A DNA stretch of 64,000 nucleotides from assembly GCA_965112155.1 (NCBI GenBank), contig OZ218103.1. One strand, written 5' to 3'. Source of the DNA: Podarcis liolepis (lineage: Eukaryota). The position numbers and the translations under genes are program-made. Below are positions 44,581 through 55,354 of this stretch, piece after piece. The notes under the pieces were generated by a model. It did not search any database. It saw nothing but the letters and a program-made list of their open reading frames with translations, and was not told where the DNA came from. Numbering within the stretch: the first letter of the stretch is position 1; each line of letters starts with the position of its first letter.

Positions 44581-46371
44581 TCATCTGTAAGTATAAAGCT
44601 CTAGAAGCCTAGAATACAACCATGCTTAACTGCCTGCCGCTCTTCTGCATTTAAATAGAATCTTCTGGTGTGAGAAGCATAAAGAAAAAAAGAAGAATTC
44701 ATAATTCCCACTTAGTTCCTTAATTCAAGAAAACCAAATTCTGGAAGACCTTCAGGTGAATTTAGCATTTCTAAGATAAGAGGCAAATCTTGGTTTAATG
44801 ATACAGGAATGCTATTCTTTAAATATTTAATGGCCTGCTTGTTCTCTCTTAGCAAGTTACAGACAGGGAGGCAAGCTTGAGAAACGGTAAACCACTACAG
44901 TACTTAAAAAAACCAAAAAACACTGCATTACAGTAAGATAAATGTACTCATGACTCAGCAAACATCAGAAGTGCTTTGAGCACCTTCAAAACATATCACA
45001 GCACTCTGGAAAATTCCTTGCCCTGCTCCCCAACAGCATCAGCTACGAGCTCAAGGAAGAGAGCTGGACCTTGTATGTGATGAACACCACTTTGGAGACA
45101 GTGTAAATGTTCAGAAATGCAGTGCAAAATAAATGAACCCAAACTCTTATTGGAGCCGAGCCAGTCTCAGATTGTGCAGATGAGCACCTTTGAAGCCCTC
45201 CCCTGCTCCCAGTGGGGAGGGACAGGGTCCTGGGAGCCTCCAATTTTTGTTGGCTGCTCAGCCCTGGCTACCTAAACCCACCAACATTTACTGACCCTTT
45301 TTTCTAAGTGTTTTGCTAGAAAACTTGGCATGCCACCAGGATCAAGCTGCATTTGATTTAAAAGTCAAAAGAATGACAAATCCCCGAAAAAGCCAAATAA
45401 CATATAAATGAGATTTGGACACTTTAAACCTTAATAGGATTTGGGCACTTTGGCCTCAGTCCTAAACCACTTTTACCCTTCATTGGGCTCCATCCAATAT
45501 ATTCCACTATTAATAGCTTGAAGAGGAAGACAAAAAATCTGGACATAATTACAAGAAAAAAATATTCCTAACAAACTAAATAAACCTTAAACCCAAATAA
45601 ACTGAGCATTGGGTCAAGTTCCATTTATGAATGGAATGTCTACCAATTGCAGGATTTAATTTTTAGATGTACTGAATATCTGATTCAATAAATAAACAAG
45701 CAAGCAAGCTCAGTGCCTTTTGAAAGACAGACCATATTGCAAGGTTATCTGTTGCCAGGACTTTTTGAATTTGGCATTCCAAAGCGTAAATTTCAATGAA
45801 ACAAAAATGTCAGATTCTTCATCCAAAATATATTGTGCATGATAGTACAATACTCATATTTTAAAAGTTTATATATATATACACCATCCTAATGGGTAGC
45901 TTTTCTGTATTTAGTCACAGCTTTTGCTTACAAACAACACAGTGAAAGCATTTGTGCCAAGGTGGTGGTTGGTTTCATGAAACGGAGAGCACCTGAGAAA
46001 AAAATCCTACATAAAGACTGCTGCAGTGTTCATGTATTTGACATGCCATGCTTCCCATAGGATTCTTAAAGAAGTCTAAATGCCATGTTTTGCACCAGCT
46101 GCCAATCAATACACATAGTGATAAAACCATTATCAAAAAATGGCATCTCTATAAGGTACGGGTCGAATATATGTATGTATCCCACATTACATTGTCCATA
46201 GACCAAGAGGACTGCAGAATCATCAAGGCCTTTGTCACTGTTTTGCTTTATACTTATAATCAAAAGCACCATGCACCTAGCTATTGGTACACTATTGTAA
46301 CCACTACTGTCTTGCTTCCAGTTGTAATTGCATTATGCACATAGTGTCACGTGACCTCTTTTACATTTTAC

Positions 46372-46442
46372 CTGTTATGATACACAACAGCTGTATATGC
46401 TTCTTTCGAAAATTCCGCACAGCTGGATTTCCCAAATATTAC
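46372..46442 (-). CDS. DOCK7: DOCK7 exon (71 nt), DHR-1/C2
   Basis: ttgcag|GTA...AG|gtaaaa; [23 protein letters not shown](R). Confidence 0.96.
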
Positions 46443-47305
46443 CTGCAAAAGGAAATAAAACAAGACAATTTAACATTGCTTTTGAGTTCTAGAAGTTAGG
46501 CTAAGAGCCAAGAGCCTTTACCAATATCAGTGAAATGTCGGTCAATTTTGCCAAGGCAAAATGAACACCAGAACCTCTACTGGTAAGACTACATTTTATA
46601 TAATTATGATGCACGTCAGTTTAAACAATGATTACAAATGGAAAACAGGCAGGAGGTGATTTGGCTGGAATGATGGTTGCTACAATTTCATGAGAGAGGC
46701 GATTCCATTTCTCTGCTGCACATTAAGCAATGTTGGTTGTATGAGCATCGTAGAAAAGAAATGGCAATAACTACATAAGCACAAGCCCAAACGCACCATG
46801 AAGTTTGAAAGGTTAGATTAGGCTTGTGTAGGGGCTCATGATTATGGCTATCCAGAAAAGAGTTTTCTCAGCAATGGCCACTCAATTGTGAGACTTTCCA
46901 GTTGAGGGTCCTTTACAATGTATAAAAGACCTTTGAAGACAGCTCTTTCCTCACCAGCTGTTAGCGGGTAACATTATCTTGAGGATTTTGTGCTGTGGGT
47001 CCTTGGATTTTAATGCTGCTTTTCTCATTTGAAATGCATGGAGCATTTTTTTCTCCAATTCTTATCTTTTATTTGTATATTCTAATGTGTGTAAAACAAT
47101 CTTAGATGCTGTGGAAGCCACTTTGTAGCGAAGACTTCTGAAAAAGTGGGGTATAAATTTATTCAATTAGTAAATAAATTGGAGGACACAAGATGTCATA
47201 AAATAACATGTCATGAATATTTAAATTTAATATGAACTGTGCTCTATTCTTGCTGGGCCTGCAGAAAGGGTAGGAAGCAACATTGAGTCCAAAGCAGACT
47301 ACTCA

Positions 47306-47539
<234 letters not shown>

Positions 47540-47910
47540 TTACATAATGAATACTGCATCATACAACAATGAAGATATACCAAAGTGTCTTGGGCATCAG
47601 TTATAAACTTTGGAGCAATGTAGCAGTGTGTTGTGTGAGGCCAACGATGCACATTATTGCATCTTTTCTGCCTGCTTTCTTACACTTCTGAAACATAAAA
47701 AATGCAAAGAGAAATCATGTAAGAGAAGTAGCCTGCAAACAGCAAGGGAAAACGAGAGTCAGAATGCATTATTTCTCAATATATCTTTGCCCATTTTGAC
47801 ATGACGCGTCTAAGTTTTACCATTTGGCTTTTCACAAACTCCCAAACACAAAACATCACTGAGTCACTTGCTACAGATCCTCCACCAATGGTTTGGCATA
47901 TACCATATTC

Positions 47911-48046
47911 CAGGCATAGGCAAACTCAGCCCTCCAGATGTTTTGGGACTACAACTTCCATCATCCCTAGCTAACAGGACCAGTGGTCAGGGATGTTGGA
48001 AGTTGTAGTCCCAAACCATCTGGAGGGCCGAGTTTGCCTACGCCTG
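47911..48046. mobile_element. Palindromic hAT MITE (136 bp)
   Basis: 58-bp inverted arms (47911-47968 and 47989-48046) with 4 mismatches; perfect 8-bp TSD CCATATTC. Confidence 0.93.
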
Positions 48047-49632
48047 CCATATTCCATATTCCACTGAGCCACAACTTCCCTGACTCACCACGACACTTCA
48101 TTCTCAATGGGTTGCTTCCAAAGGCTCATATTCTCCAAATAGACAGAATCTCCCTCTGTCAGAGGAAGGAACCTTCTGTTGTCAGTAGCAGATATACCTT
48201 TGAATCAAACCCAATAGACTTTGCATTGTTCTTGTGCTACACAGAATGGTGGACTATAGAGCCACATTATCTTTCTGCATTCCATACACTGCAGCAAGCT
48301 GAAGTGAGCAGACAGGGCATTCTTTCTGTTTCAAAGGAAGACCTTCATGCTGAATTAAGCGCCGGAATTTCATCCCCATTGGTCATCTGGCTTAATCAAT
48401 GTTCTCTTTATTATTTCTGCAGGCGGCTGCTGAAATACTTCTTTTTCCCCCTTTTTTGTGGCTCTCCTAAATTACCTCATTCTGGCATGAATACATTTGC
48501 TCCTCAACGTGCTTTTTCAAATAAAAATGGATATGAAAATTTACTTTAAAATGTACTTTTCTCATAAAACTTTCATTAAGTGTTATTAGTAGCTTAAGAG
48601 AGGGATTTAAATGTATTTGCAAAGCCAAGCTGTGTGATCCCTATATTAAGAACAGTGTTCTTCTGGGGACTCATATTGGTACTGGCCATTTTTTTAAAAA
48701 GGACTTATGCCCTTTGCACTCTTCTTTGGTGATATTTTCTCTTAAGTACAGGTGAGGAACCTTTCAATCCAAAGTGAAACTGTTTCGGTTAGAAGGTTAA
48801 AAGTTTCCCCTTCTGTTCAACATGCATCTATTTGCTTTAAAAAGCTCAGCAAATAGAATCCTGCCCTGGGGTTAACAGTGTTGCAAGAGGAAAAGAAACG
48901 AAGAGTTAAAACCCCACAACTTGCATCCAATAGGACAAACTTTCTCGTGACGATCCTGGAAGTGATCCTCTTTCTTCCTTGTCTTTGCAATGAATTATCT
49001 CTTTAAAACCCTACACTCCTCATATAGCAGTCTGCCAGTGCATGGTATATTTGGTCATAGGTATGACCTTCTTATAGTGTACTCCTACACATGAACTTTT
49101 CAGAGTCTTATAAATCCCTTACAGCTTTATATCCCCTTTGGGGTTCAATGGTGTCCTATGGAGGGAGGGAGTATGGAGGGAATCACTTCTGCTTGAACAA
49201 CATGGTGGCCCCCTTCCTAATTTGCATATATGCTCCCTTTTCAGCCTTTACTATGATCCACACGGATGCCAACCACCAAGAAGGAATGATGGGTCAAACA
49301 AGGAGAGATCAGTAGTCTCAGGCTCCCCAGGCAGCCAGGGCAAAAGAAGGCTATGCACCGCTGAAGGAGATCAAGGTGGAGGCTCAGTACCATGCTCAGT
49401 ACTCCTGTAGCTGAGGCCAAAACATACAAGTTGTCTCAGCAAGGTCCTTGAGCAACTGGTCAAATTTTATAGAAGGGCTAGGTAGTCACTGATACTGACT
49501 AGAAGCCTCATCACTTAAGCACTGCCTGCAGCTGATCTCTCCTCACAGCTGATCAAAAAAAAGGTCCGTGTCATAAATGGCTAGTCAGGTTGGTCTGTTT
49601 GTTTCGATGTCCAAAAAGCCTAACAAGGACAC

Positions 49633-49706
49633 AGGTTACACTCATTTAAGTTTAATGATCAACTACCTCAACTTGACTTTTCAGGTCTGAGCAGCATATA
49701 TTTATA
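49633..49706 (+). promoter_or_regulatory. ANGPTL3 proximal promoter: HNF1-like site, TATA-like box, nuclear-receptor half-sites
   Basis: TTTAATGATCAAC at 49651-49663 (11/13 to HNF1 consensus GTTAATNATTAAC); TATATTTATA at 49697-49706, about 100 nt before the ATG; AGGTTA at 49633-49638 and TGACTT at 49674-49679. HNF1A and LXR control of mammalian ANGPTL3 is established; function here is inferred. Confidence 0.6.
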
Positions 49707-49799
49707 GGCAAACTAAGTTGCAAGGACTATCACATAGCAAGGCTAACAGCAGCTTGGAAAAGCTTTTCTTTTCCAAAGGCTATCATAAGCAGAAAGAAA

Positions 49800-50288
49800 A
49801 TGAAAATAATACTAGTATTACTCTTTGTAATTTCTCTAGTTGTTGCAACAAGAATAGATGGAGATGAGTTTTCCTTTGTTCCAGAATCTCCTGAGCCAAG
49901 GTTTGCTATGCTACATGATGTGCAATTACTAGCCAACGGGCTGCTCCAGCTTGGGCGTGGCCTTAAAGATTTTGCCATCAAGACCAAAGGCCAAATGGAT
50001 GACATCTTTCAGAAACTTCACCTTTTTGATCAATCTTTTAATGAAATCTCGAAACAAGCCAATGAGATAAAAGAAGACGAGGAACAGCTAAAAAACACTA
50101 CTTCTATGTTGCAAGTCAATAACGAAGAGATAAGGAACATCTCTGTGGAGCTGAATTCCAAGATAGAAATACTTTCACGGGAGAAGATTCAACTTCAGGA
50201 TAAAGTAGGGAAGCTGGAAGAAAAAATAACCAAATTGTTTCAGACCCAGATTGAAAATCAGGAGCCCGAAGAAATTGCAGCCCTTAAA
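49800..50288 (+). CDS. ANGPTL3: ANGPTL3 exon 1 (signal peptide, SE1 LPL-inhibitory motif, coiled coil; 163 aa)
   Basis: ATG at 49800; MKIILVLLFVISLVVA signal peptide; PEPRFAMLHDVQLLANGLLQLGRGLKDF; donor AAA|gtaagt. Confidence 0.97.
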
Positions 50289-52309
50289 GTAAGTAGCAGG
50301 TATGGAATAGATTTAATATTTCCAAAGTTACCTGAAATGGTTTCCAGGCTACTAATGGAATCCAAAGCTCCAAAGTCAATTATGACCTTGTTGCACTAAT
50401 ATCAGTGATGTAAAATATACTTTACCTAGTGGCTGTTTCATACAGTTTTGCTTTGTTTCCAGTGATCAGTAAAATTAAGATGCTAAAATGTTTTTAAAAA
50501 TTAAGATGCTAAATTAGATCACTCTTTGGGGAAGGAATAGCCAAAAATTCCTTTGCAAATCAAGCCAATTTGTGTTCAAGTACAAGTGTATTGGAAAGTA
50601 CAGTACAGTATAGGAAAATGTTCTGATGCCTTAGAGCAGTACTCTCCAGATGTTGCTAGACATCACATTGACTACTGGCTATGCTTGCTGGGGCTGATGG
50701 CAGTTAGGAGACCAACAATATCTGCAGGCACCATGTTGGATACCCCTGCTATGATGATAATAATTTTATTATTTATACCCCGCCCATCTGGCTGGGTTTT
50801 CCAGTGCAAACATTTTCCAGTGCAAACTGCCCTTGTTTATGCACAGGAATGTTTTCCACTTCAAACATTTCCAGGAAAGCCACATCACTGCATTTTGAGG
50901 AATGAAATGAACGTAGCTATCAAGAAAGCAACAACTGGTTCTCTACTGTAAATTTGTTCCTAAATGTTTGTTGTGCATTTATGTAAAATGTATCCTGTGG
51001 TACAAGGATACTTCATGACTTTTTCTTCTTTAATTAGTTTTTTGGAGGAGGATAGTTTTGGATCAACAGCAAACTGCACGGAATATCTAGGGAACTAAAC
51101 AATGGCTCACATATGCTCTGTGCTTTACCAAAAAGCAACCAGAATGAGATGAATTATTTTAACAAAAGCCAGGGATGGTCAGTGTTCTAAACATGTAAGC
51201 CACATGCTTTTGCGCCTAGAATTTTTTTTCTGGAAAGTCCATAAAGGAAGATAATCAGAGTACCCTGGTGGCTGGAACCGCTTCCCTTTCATAACATAAG
51301 ACTATGACATAGGAAAGCCTCATTTATTTTTAAATATTGTACTTTTCACAGCTTGTCCTTACAAAATTTAAAACAGACTGCTGCTTTAAAAATAATAATT
51401 CCACAATCAACACAACGAGTAACTCAGCTGCAACTGATAATGTATCAACCAAGTGCCAAAAGCAACATCAGCAAAGCGGCAAAAGATCACGAAATAATTT
51501 AAGCAAAAAGCCTAGAAAAATGAAATGGTGTTCAGCTGCTGCCCAAACAATAAATGCACAAGCACAAAGCATACATTTTGGGGGCAGGATGTTTCCAAGA
51601 TATGGCAAAACTACTAAGAGCAGTTGGAGCAGGGCCTCTCTGATGACAGTTCACTGAGTAACTTTGTACAAGATGGTCAGGTTTGTATGAGTTGTTGTTG
51701 CTGCTGAAGTAGAAGGAAATGGCTTATGAATTCAGCCAGCCAGCCAGGGGAAAGGAAATAGAAGACAATCGGGACTCAAAGGGTAGGAATGAATTAAGAG
51801 TTTCTCCACGATGGCCAGCAGTGGTGTACACACCAGTACGAGAAGGGTGCATCAGGTGGATTCTCAAAGACTGAATTCCTTAAACTTCCCTTTGGATATC
51901 AAAGGTCCTTTCCAGCAAAATGACTGCTTTTTTAGGGGGTGAGATGGGGTGGGATGCCGAAACAGATAATAAAAGCAAGTCCCTGACAGCAGCTTTGCTT
52001 CAGTTCCAAGAAACCAGCTCTTAATCCATTGCTTTTTTAGGGTAGAGTACAGGATCCATAGATTATGAAGCAAAACAGGATTATTGCATGATTTGACTAT
52101 ACAAAACCATCCCTCCAAATAAGATTGAGGATATACCTTCTACTTCTGTTTAGCATGGTAAGACAACAGCCTTTGGTGAAATTGGCTTGCACTGAGAGGT
52201 GCCCTTCTCCTAGCAGAAAGCCTCCTGCAAGGACCCTAAATCCAAAGAAGCTCTTCTATCAGCAATATTTTACACAAAATCTCTTTTTGTAGCCTACTAG
52301 AGCACATAT

Positions 52310-52666
52310 GGGACGTGGGTGATACTGTGGTCTAAACCACAGAGCCTAGGGCTTGCCGAGCAAAAGGTGGGCGGTTTGAATCCCCGCGACCGGGTGAGCT
52401 CCCATTGCTCGGTCCCAGCTCCTGCCCACCTAGCAGTCCAAAAGCACGTCAAGTGCAAGTAGATAAATAGGTACTGCTCCAGCGGGAAGGTAAACAGCGT
52501 TTCTGTGTGCTGCTCTGGTTCGCCAGAAGCGGCTTAGTCATGCCGGCCACATGACCCAGAAGCTGTCTGTGAACAAATGCCGGCTCCCTCGGCCTACAGA
52601 GCGAGATGAGCGCGCAACCCCAGAGTCATCTGCGATGGGCCTAACGGTCAGGGGTACCTTTACCTT
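52310..52666 (+). mobile_element. Full-length Sauria (Squam1-type) SINE in ANGPTL3 intron 1
   Basis: GGGACGTGGGTG head with tRNA boxes; GTGCAAGTAGATAAATAGG core; (ACCTTT)2 tail; 12-bp TSD TAGAGCACATAT. Confidence 0.92.
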
Positions 52667-53048
52667 TAGAGCACATATACTACAAATCCAAATCAGGGGT
52701 GGAAAACCTGCGACCCTTCAGATGTTGGTGAACTTACTCACCAACCGCTTTGAGGGGTTTTTCTACAATAAAGCAGTATATACATTTTATGAAATAAACT
52801 TCAACATCCCTCAGCCACAGCCAGCATGGCTGATGCAAGTTGTAGTCCACCAAAATCTGGAAGGCCACAAATTTCCTATGCCTGGATCCTCTGTACTCTG
52901 CATATTTCTCATACTGTAAAACACTGACTCCACACTGAAATACATCAGCCAGAGCTTGATCAAGAGTTCATGGACCTGCACTATTAAATTTTCTCCTTCT
53001 GCTTCATGGTCCTTTGAAACCAAGCCACTGTTTATGCTCTCCCTGCAG

Positions 53049-53159
53049 AACTTCGTCGAGCAGCAGGACAACCACCTCAGATCCCTTCTCAAAAGAGTTC
53101 AAGCGCAGCACGTTCAAATTGGCAAACAACAGGAACAAATAGAAGACCTGGAAGAGAAG
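53049..53159 (+). CDS. ANGPTL3: ANGPTL3 exon 2 (111 nt)
   Basis: ctgcag|AAC...AAG|gtaaca; NFVEQQDNHLRSLLKRVQAQHVQIGKQQEQIEDLEEK. Confidence 0.95.
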
Positions 53160-53774
53160 GTAACATTGCTGCTTTACCAATGACCTCCTCCAAATCAGGG
53201 CAGTCTTTTCAGGGATATTAGGTGAGTTTTGAGACAGCTGGGAACTGAGAAAGAGGTAAAGGGTGCAGAAATTGGGAGAAATAAAGAACTGATGGAAAAA
53301 GTACAAACTACTGAATAAATAGCAAAGTGGACAGGGAATAACTCATCTTACACAATGATTTAATAATTTCAATACATTTCCATCATGCTCTAAGATAATT
53401 TGTGGACACTATGTGTCTTTGCTGTGTATTCCCAATGTAGCTCCAGGATTGGAATGGAAAAATAACATTTCCTCGTATTTCAACTTGAAAAATTCCGAAA
53501 ACACTTCCTTCAGCTAACCATCTTTACCACTCTTGTGGTAAAAGAAATTGGGCACGCCCCACACATGACTGTAGAAAGGTATTGGGGAGGGGGAGTGCTT
53601 CATTCTCAGGAATTCTCTTGTAAAGATAAGAGGTCTCTACCATCAGTAAACCACTTCTCTCCATTTTGTTATCTCAATATATCTGAGCTCCAAAATATCA
53701 GTAGATGAATGATGAACTTTACTAACTTTACTAACAAAAAACAGACTAATAATAATAATTCTCTGTCTCCCCAG

Positions 53775-53886
53775 CTAAGCAGCCCTGGTTTTCAAGACAA
53801 CACACAGACTTTATTCCCCTTGAGAGAAGAAAATGAAACAAGGCAAACTAAACTTAATACAACAGCTAAAGTTCAAGATTACAAAG
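53775..53886 (+). CDS. ANGPTL3: ANGPTL3 exon 3 (112 nt, linker)
   Basis: ccccag|CTA...G|gtaact; LSSPGFQDNTQTLFPLREENETRQTKLNTTAKVQDYK(G); phases 0/1 bridge exons 2 and 4. Confidence 0.88.
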
Positions 53887-54546
53887 GTAACTGCCCCTGT
53901 GGAAGAAGAAGGAAACAAGTAATCCTTGTGTACAATGTCATCTGTGAATACTGTTCTAGTATACATTTTTCTATGGGTATACATCTTTGAATGCCACACT
54001 GTTAAATTCTCTTTATTACTGTTGTTGGAAAAACAAGTGTGGCCTTCCACAACATGTTGCAGTGTATCCTCCTTCTGAAAAAGGAAAGCTCCTATTCAGG
54101 CTTCCAGTCATCCATTCCCTACAAGTAGGACATTCTACTCTTTCTCCTCCCCACTCCCTGCTCAATTATTTTTTCAACTGTCGCTGTTCATTCTGTTGTT
54201 AACAAACATGCTCATTTGGATGCTTTGATGGCGTCTGTCCATTTAGGTTTGTTTTATTTTTAAAAGCTTATTTCTGAAAGCCACAAGTTTTCCCCAAGCA
54301 TGCCAATACTTCCTTCTTGTTTCTCAGCAGCCATTTTGGTTGCCATTTTGTCAGCGCTCACCAACTGGATGGGATAATGTGACATATTAAAAATAATAAT
54401 AATAATAATCAAAGGAATGATTCACAGCATTCTTTATCATCCATCATCATCACAGCACAATACTGAGTGCATTTCAGTGTGCCTTAAACTCACCCCGAAC
54501 GACTTTAGTCATGCATTTGTAACTTTTAAAATCTTGTTGTTCTTAG

Positions 54547-54660
54547 GAAATGCTACTGATTGCATGTGGATATACAGCAGAGGTGAAAGATCTAGTGGCA
54601 TTTATTCTATTAAGCCCAGAGGATCTGAGGCTTTTAATGTCTACTGTGAAATCAAAGCAG
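54547..54660 (+). CDS. ANGPTL3: ANGPTL3 exon 4 (114 nt, start of fibrinogen-like domain)
   Basis: tcttag|GA...G|gtaagt; (G)NATDCMWIYSRGERSSGIYSIKPRGSEAFNVYCEIKA(E). Confidence 0.96.
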
Positions 54661-55258
54661 GTAAGTCCAGCTACACCAGGGACCATCTAATTCTCCTGCT
54701 AAAAATCATTATGGACTTCATTTTCTGCCCTGAATGATGTTGAGTGTTCCATTAGTGAAACATAGGAAGTTACCTTATACTGAGTCAGACTATTGGCCCA
54801 TCTAGCTCAGTATCAGTTTAACTACAGTTGGTCAATAGTTAACTACAATTACCAAATAAAAAAATGGTGCCGTCAGTAGGATCAATTACTGTATTTATGT
54901 TCCAACTGGGTCAGGTGAGGAAGCCACGACTGAATAATCATCACAATTAAACCTCTTCCAGCAGTGGACAAGTGGCATGGACAACTTTCACACCCATGCA
55001 TGAAAATTCCCATGGGAGTAAATTCAATGAATACTTTATAAATATTGTGTGTGCGCGCATGTGCACACCTGTTCCCCCCATATTTAACTGCATTAAATTT
55101 TTCTATATTTAACTGCATTAAAAGCATTAATGGGGGGAACAATATGGACTGGGCCTATGTTTGCTGCAGTCCAAAACTAGGGGGGGGGGGCAATAAAGCA
55201 GGTAATATTTATAGTTTATAGTTTATAGATAAGTTTATTTGTCTTTTTTCATACACAG

Positions 55259-55354
55259 AAAGTGCATGGACAGTTATTCAAAACAGATCTGATGGATCAC
55301 TAGATTTCAACCAAACCTGGGAGAACTATATTAATGGATTTGGCAACCTGGATG
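55259..55354 (+). CDS. ANGPTL3: ANGPTL3 exon 5 (96 nt)
   Basis: acacag|AA...G|gtaaat; (E)SAWTVIQNRSDGSLDFNQTWENYINGFGNLD(G). Confidence 0.96.

Noticed and set aside
45040-45135. Coding-looking stretch (..GRELDLVCDEHHFGDSVNVQKCSAK)
   Set aside because: At best an ancient CR1 reverse-transcriptase remnant; too degraded to call.
47983-48549. 188-aa plus-strand ORF
   Set aside because: Begins with GTG inside a MITE, has no recognisable domain and no splice support.
50289-50399. C-terminal 36 aa of the 199-aa ORF as a truncated ANGPTL3
   Set aside because: Simple read-through past a consensus GTAAGT donor into intron 1.
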